Source of the DNA: the human T2T-CHM13v2.0 reference genome, Homo sapiens
Direction: 5' to 3' (one strand)
Assembly (NCBI RefSeq): GCF_009914755.1
Contig: NC_060928.1
DNA: 64,000 nt
A model generated the notes under the pieces. That model saw nothing but the letters and a program-made list of their open reading frames with translations, was not told the DNA's origin and did no database searches. The translations under genes were made by a program, and so were the position numbers. Every line of letters begins with the position of its first letter. The first letter of the stretch is position 1. Shown here in pieces: positions 37,385 through 54,216 of the stretch.

Positions 37385-37959
37385 TGCTGAGGCTTGAGTA
37401 GGTAAACAAAGCTGCCAGGAAGCTGGAACTGGGTAAAGCCCACTGAAGCTCAAGGAGGCCTGCCTGCCTCTGTAGACTCCACCCCTGGGGGCAGGGAGTA
37501 GCCAAACAAAAGGCAGCAGAGTCCTCTGCAGACTTAAATGTCCCTGTCTGACAGCTTTGAAGAGAGTAGTGGTTCTCCCAGCACGCAGCCGGAAATATGA
37601 GAACAGACAGACTGCCTCCTTAAGTGGGTCCCTGACCCCCGAGTAGCCTAACTGGGAGGCATCCCCCAGTAGGGGCAGACTGACACCTCACACGGCCGGG
37701 TACTCCTCTGAGACGAAACTTCCAGAGGAACGATCAGGCAGCAACATTTGCTGCTCACCAATATCCGCTGTTGTGCAGCCTCTGCTGCTGATACCAAGGC
37801 AAACAGGGTCTAGAGTGGAACTCCAGCAAACTCCAAAAGACCTGCAGCTGAGGGTCCTGACTGTTAGAAGGAAAACTAACAAACAGAAAGGACATCCACA
37901 CCAAAACCCTATCTGTACGTCACCATCATCAAAGACCAAAGGTAGATAAATCCACAAAG

Positions 37960-38975
37960 ATGGGGAAAAACTAGAGCAGAAAAACCAGAAACTCGAAAAA
38001 TCAGAGCACCTCTCCTCCTCCAAAGGAACCCAGCTCCTCACCAGCAATGGAACAAAGCTGGATGGAGAATGACTTTGACGAGCTGAGAGAAGAAGGCTTC
38101 ACAAGATCAAACTACTCCGAGCAAAAGGAGGAAGTTTGAACCCATGGCAAAGAAGCTAAAAACCTTGAAAAAAAATTAGACAAATGGCTAACTAGAATAA
38201 CCAATGCAGAGAAGTCCTTAAAGGACCTGATGGAGCTGAAAACCATGGCACGAGAACTACATGACGAATGCACAAGCCTCGTAGCTGATTCGATCAACTG
38301 GAAGAAAGGGTATCAGTGATGGAAAATCAAATGAATGAAATGAAGCGAGAAGAGAAGATTAGAGAAAAAAGAATAGAAAGAAATGAACAAAGCCTCCAAG
38401 AAATATGGGACTATGTGAAAAGACCAAATCTACATCTGATTGGTGTACCTGAAAGTGACAGGGAGAATGGAACCAAGTTGGAAAACACTCTGCAGGATAT
38501 TATCCAGGAGAACTTCTCCAATCTAGCAAGGCAGGCCAACATTCAAATTCAGGAAATACAGGGAACGCCACAAAGATACTCCTTGAGAAGAGCAACTCCA
38601 AGACACATAATTGTCAGATTCACCAAAGTTGAAATGAAGGAAAAAATGTTCAGGGCAGCCAGAGAGAAAGGTCGGGTTACCCACAAAGGGAAGCCCATCA
38701 GACTAACAGCAGATCTCTCCGCAGAAACTCTACAAGCCAGAAGAGAGTGGGGGCCAATATTCAACATTCTTAAAGAAAAGAATTTTCAACCCAGAATTTC
38801 ATATCCAGCCAAACTAAGCTTCATAAGTGAAGGAGAAATAAAATCCTTTATAGACAAGCAAATGCTGAGAGATTTTGTCACCACCAGGCCTGCCCTAAAA
38901 GAGCTCCTGAAGGAAGCACTGAACATGGAAAGGAATAACTGGTACCAGCCACTGCAAAAACATGTCAAATTGTAA
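37960..38975 (+). pseudogene. L1 ORF1 (RNA chaperone), disrupted
   Basis: ATG GGG AAA AAC TAG gives a stop at codon 5; the C-terminal 219 aa (38316-38975) remain open and are clearly ORF1p. Confidence 0.95.
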
Positions 38976-39038
38976 AGACCATCGAGGCTAGGAAGAAACT
39001 GCATCAATTAACAAGCAAAATAACCAGCTAACATCATA

Positions 39039-42868
<3,830 letters not shown>

Positions 42869-43719
42869 ACAATGAGAACACATGGACACAGGAAGCGGAA
42901 CATCACACACTGGGGCCTGTTGTGGGGTGGGGGGAGGGGGGAGGGATAGTATTAGGAGATATACCTAATGTTAAATGACGAGTTAATGGGGGCAGCACAC
43001 CAACATGGCACGTGTATGCATATGTAACTAACCTGCATGTTGTGTACATGTACCCTAAAACTTAAAGTATATATAAAAAAAATTGGTTGTTTCTAAGATT
43101 CTATTCGTGTACAAATTTGAAGGCTTTGTAAAAAGAAAGTGATAGGAGTAAATTTTAGCTACTGCTGCTGAAGGCTGCTATTGTATTCAAATGAAGTAAT
43201 ACCTACCTGGCAGGTGAAATGTTACTTTGATAAAGGGAATTGTTAGGGGAGGCATTTCCCTTGTCTTCCAGAGTGAAGCAGAAAATTATTTCCTCTTTTA
43301 AAGTCATGGAAAATTCTGGCTCTCCTCCTATCAAGCTTTCTCTTTAATCACAAGTATCATCTCCAAAATCAGAAATCTACCTCACAGGGATTCACCTCCT
43401 CCTGAAATAGTAAAAATTCTGGTGGAGAGGAAGGGGAGCAGCAGCCCAAACTAGAAATACTAGGCTGGATGAACTATAGCCACAGGTAGGCTTGGTGAAG
43501 TCAGAATGCCAGCCGACCCTGACACTGAAGGAGCGGATGTTCCCAGTGACCCAAACACCTATGACATGGGACAATCTGCCACTTCACTGAGGCATTGATT
43601 TGAATGTTCCACTGTGGATAACAAGTGTGGCAGCCCCATTCAAAGGTGAGTAAGCCCTCAGCAGCACACCTCATCACAGCTTTTTTATTCACTCATATTG
43701 AGAAGGATGACAGAGTTGA

Positions 43720-43960
43720 GATTTTGGCACTGGCTCTGAGGACAGGCAGCCTTGATAGGAGTCCTGGTTCCACCATTTACTAGCTGGATAATGTTAGGCA
43801 AGTTATTTTACCTCTCTCTACTTCAGTTTTCTCATCTGAAAAATGAGGACAATAATAGCACTTACTTTGTAAGGCTGTTGGAGGATTTAAAGAGTCATAC
43901 ATGTAAAGCTGTCAGCATGGAGCCTGACACATAGTGAGCTCTGTGTCAGGCCAGCTCATA
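43720..43960 (+). mobile_element. MIR
   Basis: TTAGGCAAGTTATTTTACCTCTCT...CAGTTTTCTCATCTGAAAAATGAGGACAATAATAG. Confidence 0.85.
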
Positions 43961-45617
43961 TTCCTGTTATTATTGTTGCCCGTATCACTCTAACTTCCTT
44001 GAGGTGGCAAATTCTACTTTGAACAATTGCTCCCACGGGAGAGTTGACTCCTTGTACTGTCACTGGAGGTGGAGAGAATATTAAGAAGTTGTACATAACT
44101 GATGATTTTTATAAGAAATTCAATTGTTTTTGTTTAATATAGAATCATTAAGGTTCTGAAGAGGTCACTTACACTTGACTGCACTTTATGGGAGAAATTA
44201 TGTGTTACAGCACCATTTCTAAATCTGAACAATTGCTAAGAGCTTAGGACATCCTTTCTAAGAATATTAAGGTTCTACCTCATTCCACTCTAAGGTCAAG
44301 GGGGTCAGGGCTGGCAGTCATACTCCTTTCCTGTAGGCAAGAACTTCATGGGAAGAGGGACAAAACAGTATTATCAGAGACTGGCTACAGTAGCCCCTTG
44401 GGATCCTCTGAGCTCAAGGGGTCAGACTATAGGCCAGAAGAAAGATACAGGCATCTGGCAAGGAATGACTAAAAAAGAGGGTATTACGTTTCCTTCTAGA
44501 TTATTCTATTCAGTTAAAAATGGAAGTATCTGTGGCAGACAGTATTCAGGAACAAAGACTGAATGGCTGGCTAGATTCTCTCGTGCTCTAGTTATCAGGA
44601 ATATGAACATATAATAAAGAGGAAAATTGTTACAGAGGAGCTAGCAGTTCCTACAGCCTTGCTCATTTTTCAGGTATATGAGTAAGGAACACAGAGGCCA
44701 GGGCTCTTCTTTCAATGAATTCCTACAGCCTAAGAAGGATGAAGAGACTTCATCTATGCCACAGACTTCGTCTACGGCAGATGAGAAAAGAGCCCATCCA
44801 CGTTTTTGACAGGTGTTTGGTTAGAAGCCTGGAGTCAAGTATGAGATTGAAAGGGTAAGATTCAGGGTGATTTTATTACTTGTTTATTTTCTGTCTGTGC
44901 CCAACAGCTCCACAGAACAGAGATTTAAACAAAATAGACTGTTTTGTTCACTGCTGTATCTCCAGTCCTTGGAGCAGTTGCTGGCATGTAGAAAGTGCTT
45001 GTTAATTACTTGTGGAGAAGGTGAAGCATGGAATGAAAGGAGAATTGTGGAGAGGGCAGCAGGGTAAGCAAACAGTCATCATAAGTGAGGAAGATACAGA
45101 ATCTGGAGCTTGGAGGACAGCAGGCCCAACAGAGAAGCTGTGAACACAGAAAGTCACTCCCAGAGCAAGGGACTGTGCTCGCAGGTCTAAACAGAATTCT
45201 GCAGGATGCTGGCCCTGTTCTCCCAGTGTTTGATGCTACTCTCTGATGACCCCCTAGGCATTTCCAACAAGCATTCTAATTAGCATCTGCTAGTAAGGCC
45301 TGAATTATGTATATCTTAGCCCAACCTCCTCATCTATAAAATTGAAGTAATGTATCTTTCAGGGTTGTTGTGACTATTACATTTCAGTAATACATGTGAA
45401 GTATGCAGCACTTGGCAATGATTAGGACTCAGCAAATAGTAGTTATTACTGTTATTATAAAATAATACAGATGGTTTATTTCCTTAAGGTTTGTTTTTAG
45501 ATTGATTTCCTAAATATTGGATGTTCATTGTGATTAGTTGTTTTGGAAAAATAAAGAGGCATGTTTTGCTTTAAAAAATGAAGAAAAAAAAAAGAAAGGA
45601 ACAGTAGATAAACTTAC

Positions 45618-45701
45618 CTGTGACATTGATCTTAGGTAAAATGTATGCTTTACAGAGCAAGCCCCAGAATATAGAATCAAGGCATTCACAACTCTGGCCC
45701 C
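45618..45701 (-). other. Candidate internal exon (84 nt)
   Basis: Acceptor TATTGCTTCACTCTTAG|G, perfect donor CAG|GTAAGT, open phase-0 frame. Confidence 0.4.
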
Positions 45702-45825
45702 CTAAGAGTGAAGCAATACTAAAAATGTGGCATATTTGATAAGTATCACATATAAGGTAAAGCAGGGAAAAAAATTAAATCCCTAAGAAAAATGTGTTTA
45801 GCCAGTGTAACCTGTTGGACTGGGT

Positions 45826-45958
45826 TTGTTATTGTTGTTTTGTAGAGATGGGGTCTTGCTATCTTGTCCAGGGGTCTTGAACTCCTGGCTTCAAGTGACC
45901 CTCTCTCTTCAGCCTCCCAAGGTGTTGGGATTACAAGCATGAGCCAACACACCAGGCC
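45826..45958 (-). mobile_element. FLAM / AluJ left monomer
   Basis: TGTAGAGATGGGGTCTTGCTAT...GAACTCCTGGCTTCAAGTGA...GGATTACAAGCATGAGCCA. Confidence 0.85.
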
Positions 45959-46880
45959 TTTTTTTGGGGGGGGGAGTAGTTAAGAGCAAGATAAAATAGA
46001 AAATACATAATTGGACCCAAAACAGGCTAAGAAAATGATCCTGCCATACTCTAACTGCCTGTTCCCAGGAGGCTTTTCCCAAGGGACTCCCAAGACTCCT
46101 AAGAGACCTCTACAGATGGGTGTGAATAATACACCAGCGGTGCAGGTTTTCTAGGGGCTGATGCAATGACACAACCCACTCTTTTCTCTCTCTTCTATTT
46201 GAGGGTGCTCTGAGCTTGTCTTTACAAAAAGATCCATATACAAATATTTTTTCTTCTGTGTCATTAAAAGTTCACACTTACATGCCCTGTGATGAGTATT
46301 TCAAATATATATATATTAATAAAATGAAGTGCTTTTTCACAACTATTAGGAGACTCCATTTTTATGTACCGTATTTCACTGAAAAGGTGTCTTGGGTGAT
46401 TGAAATCATTAATTCAGAAATAACAAGGTCAGTCTTGCCAAACAGAAGACTGCAATAACACAAAATCAACATAGGATTCTGACATTTATCCTGGCACTGA
46501 ACTGCACTGGGCTATGTTATTAGGAACACAGTTTGAGTTAATTGGGATTAACTCAGTAAATCCCAATTATTTACACTCATAAAAGGATGAAACACACTTA
46601 ATAGGACAAAATCACTAATCTGAAATCATGTTTATTTTCCCTTTGGAAAGCAGTTAGAGACACATATCCAGAGACATAAAATAATCCGAGTTGATTCCCC
46701 ACCCCTCTTATTTCCCCTCTGCACACCTACCCAGGCCAGAAACCTAGCAGTTAATCAAGTCCCTCTTTATTGTCCTTACCCATGAGATCTCTTGTTCCCC
46801 AATATCTGTCACCAGTTTCTTCTCTGTTCCCCTCATTTAGGTTCTCGTCACCTCTGGATTACCTCTTGTCTTGTTCTGCT

Positions 46881-46979
46881 CAGAGCCATTGCACAGCACA
46901 GGTCCAAGGGGGCACTGTGTCATTTACACTGACTACAAAGTGAATGGTGCCCCTTGGGGTTGGCAATATAATGGCCTTG
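46881..46979. mobile_element. MER91-like hAT-Tip100 MITE
   Basis: Palindromic: CAGAGCCATTG...GGGGCAC...GTGAATGGTGCCCC...ATGGCCTTG. Confidence 0.6.
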
Positions 46980-47089
46980 CCACCTGCCTTCCTTCATTTG
47001 CCCTCTTAGTCATCTTTTAATGCAAACATGGTAATGGTGTTCCATTTCTTAAAATCTTAAAAATTAATGGAAATGATAATGTTGAAGAT

Positions 47090-47270
47090 GATAATAATAA
47101 CGGCAGTTACATGCCACATGCCATGCACAATGCTACCCAAGCATTTTACATTTGTTAATTTGTTTAGTTCTTACAGCAATTCTATGAGGCAGGCACTATG
47201 ATTATTCCTGGTTTACAGATGATGGAAGAAGGTTCAGTGTTGAGTAATTTGCCCAAGGTCATACAATTTC
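47090..47270 (-). mobile_element. MIR nested in an L2 relic
   Basis: TTTACAGATGATGGAAG...GTAATTTGCCCAAGGTCATAC. Confidence 0.75.
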
Positions 47271-48589
47271 TATGGCTCCTTTTCACTTGGAGGTGGAATA
47301 ACCGTAGTTCAGAGCACGACTCAAACAGTGGCTTACCTGGGCTGAAACCTCATCAGCTGTTGAGCATTATATGAGTTAGATCATGTAAAGTGGTTTTAGT
47401 GAGGCCCCCAAGTTAGCTCATGTTGTTATTATTAGTATTTCAGGATACAGCTCAAATTTTTTGGAGAGAATACGAGACATACAAAGTCCTTCATGACTTG
47501 GTGCCTGCATCTCTTTCCAGCTTTGTCTCTGGCCACAGACACTTTTGTATTTCAGTTGTTTCCCCAAAGGACACTGCTGATGCACTTCTGGTTTCTCTGC
47601 ATACCAGAATCCTCTTCCTGGGACACTGTTTTCTTCTTTGACAGGTAAATATTATTTACTCATGACACTTTGTCTGATCCCTCCATGGTGACAGAAGCAC
47701 TTTGTTACCCCAAAGCACACAGCGCCTTCTTCTATTACTTCACCAGGTTTCTGACATGATATTTTTGCATATAGATCTTCCTGCTGGACTGTGAGTTCTT
47801 AGAGAGCTGGGCCCAGCATTTGCTTATTACATAGCCTATATTGGTGTAGTGCCTGGCATCTGGAAGACACTCAGCAAAATGCACAGAACTGGATTGAACT
47901 GGCATGGGGTTGGCTCAGTTTATAAATAAACTGAATTTTAAAAATTCACCTTCATTTTCTGCGGTCCACTGATTTAAGAGCATCTAATTATTTATTATCT
48001 GCTATAGGCAATGGAACAATTCTAGTTTGGATGTCTGACAATCTGAAATTAAAAACTTGACAAGAGTGTGCTGCTGATGAGAATAGTATAAACCTTGAAA
48101 ATGCACTTATAATAAAGGATGGTTAGAATGCCAATGAACATACAAACTCACATGGAGCTGGTAAATTCAGACAGAAACTAGTGAGAGAACAGTAAATTTG
48201 CTTTCTAAGAAAGATGAAGTCTCCTGCCCTGCTTTAATTTTAGGCTTTAAGCATTCTCACAGGGTATACACATCCCTCTATTAATTGAAAACATTGCTGG
48301 TTAACATGTATGTCTCAGTTTCAAAGCATTTTATAGTTCTATACTATACTTGGAAAATATTTTCCAATGGGCCTGTGGCTAACCTTTCATATTATGTCAG
48401 GGTCAGTGCTGAGTAGAGGGTTATTAGAAGATAAATTCAAGAGAACTGCTATTTTTTTTTCTAAGAAAACAGGAAGGTCATTGCTAGAAAGGATCAAGGT
48501 CCTTATTTTAGAGGAGAAAATCAAGGCCCAGAAGGTTAAGTGACTTCCTGAAATCACACAGCTTTCAGGCAGGGGCAACACCACACAGG

Positions 48590-49045
48590 AAGGCCCCGAG
48601 TCAAAAAGAATTTGGAAGGGGTACAGGGTGAGCCAGGAGAGACGGTCAGGGCTTAGAGAGCCACTACCAGGGGTTTACATTATATTCCAAGATGAATGGG
48701 CAGCAGTTGAAGGATGTCACACAGGGAAATGCTAGGATCTGGTCTGTGTTATCAAATATAAATACACTACTACTGTTGGGAGGAGAAAGACCAGCTGGAG
48801 GTTCTTACAGTGTGCAGACATGTGATGATGGGGGCCCAGGTGAGAATGTGACAGTGGAACTGGAAAGAAGGAAATGGATTTGAGATGTATTTTAGAATTA
48901 GAATCAAGAGGACTTACGGACAGTAAGGAAGAGGAATGGATCAAGGATGACTCTTACGTTTCTGGTGTGGGTGGATAATGGTACTGTTTATAAGCTGGAA
49001 AGATATAAGAACAAGGAACCAAGATTCTGACTTTGGACATGTGGT
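48590..49045 (-). mobile_element. L2 fragment
   Basis: ATGGATTTGAGATGTATTTTAG...GATCAAGGATGACTC...TTTGGACATGT. Confidence 0.7.
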
Positions 49046-50646
49046 TATGGGAGGCTAGAAGTGGAAGCCATACAATGGAGGCTGCACTGCATGGTGTCTG
49101 TCACAGCATAAGCATAATGGTGGTGGTTATTTTCACTGTAACTCTCTCCATCACCCGAGTAGAGTTACTATGGCCAAGGGGAAACAGATCAGAATTGTGA
49201 TGTAGTTTGTACACGGGCTAGTTTGACTGCATAATGAATGGTAGACACATTTATTGGTAAATTGATGCAGATGTCTTGAATGTTGGGTATAAATAGGCAT
49301 TCATTGAAATCACACTGATTTTGATGACTCTTCTACATAAGTAGTCAGAGATCTGCTTTGAATTACAGCTATTACTGATGACCTAAATCTTATGCAGAAT
49401 TTGTTACCAAATTTTTCTACTCCAAAGTAAGCAGTTTTGACTTATAATAAACTACTTATCAGTATAAATACTAGCATTCCTATTGATAGCTTATTGTTTG
49501 GATGTTATTTATCCAATCTCTAAAAATTGATTCATTTATAAGATAGTTCAAATTGTCTTCCACTGTCAGTGGAAACTGAATATCACCTTAAGAGAATATG
49601 CCTGATACTGTTTTGAAGCATGTTGATTTTCTACCAGCTATGTGCTCAGACACTCCTCTACTGCTCTCTAGTGTCCATAATTACTCAGCAGACCTTTAAG
49701 TTTGCACATGTAGCAATCCACTGGGGAAGAAATAAAAACCTTTATCTATACTTCATCCCAATTTATTTTGGGAGATGTACATGCCATAAGTAGTCAAAAT
49801 AATAATCCACCTGGAGCAGTAAATATTTTCAGAAAATCCATTCTCATGGATTTCCAGTGGGCATTATTTACAATCATGATTCTCTAACCTCTCAGAGAGG
49901 TTATTTTTATTGAGTTCCAATGTGAACTACTTGGTCCCTTGGTTTGTTGTGCTGGCTTTTGACAGTGTTATGGTTCAACCTATACAAGGTATTGTTTCAG
50001 TGCCTTCACAATAGACCTGGATGCTTGCCAGATAACATAATCTACAAAGTGCACAAATAAAGGAACAGAGGGGCACGATAACTCTTTGCCTAGCCACATG
50101 AGAGTACCAGATCTGATAAAACCAAATTCAGCGTTCAATGTATATATTTGTCATTTCCAACACCCATAGAATAAGATTTTAAGGACGGATACAACTAAAC
50201 ATCACAGTACAGCAGAGAATTGTGGTGATATTTATGACTCTTGTGTTAAGTGTTTCCAAGAGAAGGAAAGCCACATTTTAAAGCAGTCAAAATAATTTAA
50301 AAGCTGTAATTGCGTGTGTATATATGTATGCACAAATGTTCAAAGGAGATGTATTTACCTTAGTTTAGTGGGGATTTATCTCAAATACCAAGATCTAAAT
50401 TAAGCTGCTTGTTGTAGTGGGTCTTACAATATACTTAAATAAAAAATAAATAAATAAACTGCTTGAACAGCCTACATTTTCTAGACAAGTGCTATTTTTC
50501 TTTATCTACAGAATAAAGTGGTCTGTTCCCAGTTCCAGGAGCTGAGAGCTCAGTTTCCAGGCCCTCTTCAGTAATTTGCCTATTCTAATTTATAGAACCT
50601 AACAATTCCCATGTCTAAAACTGTGAAACCCATCTAGATAATGAAA

Positions 50647-50665
50647 ATGGTGCCCTCTGCTGGAA
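50647..50665 (-). promoter_or_regulatory. CTCF motif
   Basis: Minus strand TTCCAGCAGAGGGCACCAT matches the CTCF core CCASYAGRKGGCRS, in unique DNA. Confidence 0.55.
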
Positions 50666-52799
50666 AGAATCAAGAGGAACTAGAGTGACAAACCCTCTCC
50701 TTTCTCGTGTTGGTTTCATTACCTGGAATATGGAAAAGAAACATTTATATTTGTTTTAGGAGTTAACCTAGTATCCTTGCCTACACCCTTCTTAAGATAG
50801 ATGCTCCATCAATCTCTTCTATCCTGGAGAATTTAGGCTGTTTTGCCAAACATTTCTTTTCTGAAGAGAAAGCCTCACCCCAAATATTGACTCCCACATA
50901 GTTTTTGACTGAGTAAATAGGGTTATTAGTTTACCACTTCTCTGCAAAGCAGTTGGAGTACCTGTGTACATGAAGGAGAATGTAAGAGAATGGTGGATTG
51001 TTCAAAAAGCATCTCAAGCCTACTCATTGCCCCTGCCAGGTTCCCAAACAGGAAGCCACTAGGGTGGTAAATATAACCCCAGTGGGTGAGTTACTCCAAG
51101 GGCACCTTTTGTAAAACTCTGGAGGCTATATTGGATATATTCATAGTGAAACAAAAGGGTTGAAGTTGAACATTTACAATATTAAAATCACTGACATAAC
51201 AAAGTGAAGAATTTGAGTGTTGTCTTTAATAGGAACTTTTTCTGCTGCTCTATAAAATAAAGACCTCAACACTGTGCCACAAAGCCATCATTGTCAAGGG
51301 TGTTCTATCAACACTGCTATGAGGATCCAACCCACTTTTAATTATTTATCAGGGAAACAAAAGAGTCACAAGGTGACTGACAGTGGAATCAAATGCTTTC
51401 CAATAGGACTAGACTCATAAAAGAGCTTACAAAGGTTTAAGTTCCTCTGAAGCCAGGGCCCCTTTGGTGTATATGTGACCTAAGAGTGACCATTATATAA
51501 TAGAATGAATGGGAAACTGCCTGTTCACCATGAATCCTAAACAAGTCTAAGTAGTTCTTCTTGTTGAATCATCAACGACAAATCCTTAGGTCGGCAGAGG
51601 CCTGAAGTCATTTGTCATCCAAATATAAGGGGAGAGAGGCACATAAAGCCATGTGCAATGTTTAACCTCAGGTTCCAAGTATTTAATTTTGAGTCCTCTT
51701 TTCCTCATGGGCTGTCTTCAACTTTCCAAAACAACTTTAATGAAATGCAGCTGGATTCTGTACCTTTTCCAATAATGCAGGAGACAGGAAAAATGATTTT
51801 GCTTACTTGCCTACACTTTTTATAAGCTAAAGTGTGAATGAACTATCAAAACCTACTGAAACTTATTAAGCTGAATTCTGTCACCAGTAACACATTTTAT
51901 AGCTTTTAAAAGAAAAGCTATGGGGAATTTTGAGTAGGACATGGGTATTTAAAAACACAGTTCGCTCATTTAATTGGGAGCTGTACAGCTAAGCTTCAGA
52001 CAATTTAAGTTTTAAAATTTCTCTTGGGGTTTTAAGGGTATTGATCATAAAATACTTATTTAATACTGTTTGACTGTGTGACTGCTCCTTCGCAGTAAGG
52101 GTCATCCTTGCCCTGCTCCCTCCCAGGTATGAAGAGTGGGACATGGTATTCAGCATGTGTTAGTGAAAACACAGAAACAGCCAGCATTCTTCTGAGTACA
52201 GTTTTAGGACCTTTCTGCTGCAGTGAAGTCATTTTGGTTATTTCCAGTAAATATTTATTTCATTTGGCACCATGCTTAGCTCCTTATTTATTAATTAGCA
52301 TTATGTTTCATTCTAATGCTAAAATAGAAGGCTTTCAAGTTATTGAGGATCCCAAATGCATTTATAATAAAATGCTAATATCATCTTTGTATCTTTGGGG
52401 ATTTTGGTGTTGATAAATTTGAGGGTGTTTTGGAGAGGTTTCTAGCACCATATAGCAGCATATTATAAAACCATGGCAGTTTTATTCTATTAAGAAATCA
52501 CACCCCCAGACGTATCTGAAAAACTTCCTTTGGAAGATTGCAAAAGGCCAGATGCAAATTTTTTGCTTAAAAAATTAGTCCAGGAATATAAATATCAAAT
52601 GTTTATGATTTTAGAAGGTCCAAATATCTGTCTGGAATTCTGGGTTGAAGTTAGCAGGTTAAGGTCAAGTTTTTTTGAAAGTCTCTCCAAATATGCAACA
52701 GATGACACTGCAATTCCAGCTGTGTTCACCTATTCTTAGAACAAAGCCCTACATGTACTAGGAAATTTCCAATCAGATAAGAAAAACACCAAAGAGAAT

Positions 52800-53150
52800 G
52801 GGTAGATTGGTGAGGTGCGGGTATATGGACATTTTTTTTTAAGTGCTGAACAAATCGCCAGGAAATAATTTCTTCGAAGACACTGAGAGGACAGAATTAG
52901 CATACAATTCCTTTACATATTCTGTTTTTGCACCTGTCCCCCTGTGACGTCGCAGTCAAGCAGATCTCATGTTAACCGGCTCCCTGGCTTTGGTAGGTGC
53001 CTGGGGCTGGAGGCTGGCTTCCACCTCTTCCCTCCAGAGCTGAGCCTCTTTGCCCCGTGAGAATTACCTCCCCACCTTTCTTCCCTCTGCCCGTTCCCTG
53101 AGCAATTTAGAGGGGAAAAAAGGGTAAAGTTTTTTTTTTAATAGTCATCG
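52800..53150. promoter_or_regulatory. Candidate enhancer
   Basis: Non-repetitive with local CpGs; CRE-like TGACGTCG (52945) and TAACCGGCTCC (52973). Confidence 0.3.
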
Positions 53151-53286
53151 AGTATATGTAAGATTTTAAAACTTGTATCCTCCACTTTGGGTATTAAGGG
53201 AAAGCTCAATGATAAGAATCTAATTCTGCAACGTTTGTGGCTAATAATGACGGTGCAAGTTCAAAATTACTCTGAGCTTGTGATAG

Positions 53287-53698
<412 letters not shown>

Positions 53699-53933
53699 AT
53701 GGGATTCTTAAAGTACCTAATTTAAGTTTTTAAATTTCTAGACTACAAGAAAGAATTCAGTAGTTGTGGTAAATGAGGTTAAGATTCTAAGCCATATGAT
53801 ACTGACAATATTTGAACATTTTTATCTATAAAATGGGAGTTTCATGTGGCTCAGCCCTGGTGAGAATTTAGAGCTTGATACATAATGTTCTATAATTTTT
53901 AGTTGCAAAATAACAGTAGTTTGAAAGGATTTT

Positions 53934-54216
53934 TTTTATTATTTTTTTGAGACGGAGTCTCGCTCCGTCGCCCAGGCTGGAGTGCAGTGGTGCAATCTTG
54001 GCTCACTGCAGCTCCGCCTCCCAGGTTCACGCCATTCTCCTGCCTTAGCCTCCTGAACAGCTGGGACTACAGGTGCCGGCCACTGCGCCCAGCTAATTTT
54101 TTGTATTTTTAGTAGAGACGGGGTTTCACCGTGGTCACGATCTCCTGTCCTCGTGATCCGCCCGCCTCGGCCTCCCAAAGTGCTGGGATTACAGGGTTGA
54201 GCCACCGCACCCGGCC
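53934..54216 (-). mobile_element. AluY with 12-bp left-monomer deletion (Yd/Yc-type)
   Basis: TTTCACCGTG^GTCACGATC lacks TTAGCCAGGATG; TSD TGAAA(G/A)GATTTT at 53922 and 54217. Confidence 0.9.

Noticed and set aside
49558-49574. TTCCACTG-T-CAGTGGAA palindrome, and similar 8-9 bp hairpins at 5454 and 54418
   Set aside because: Expected by chance in 64 kb.
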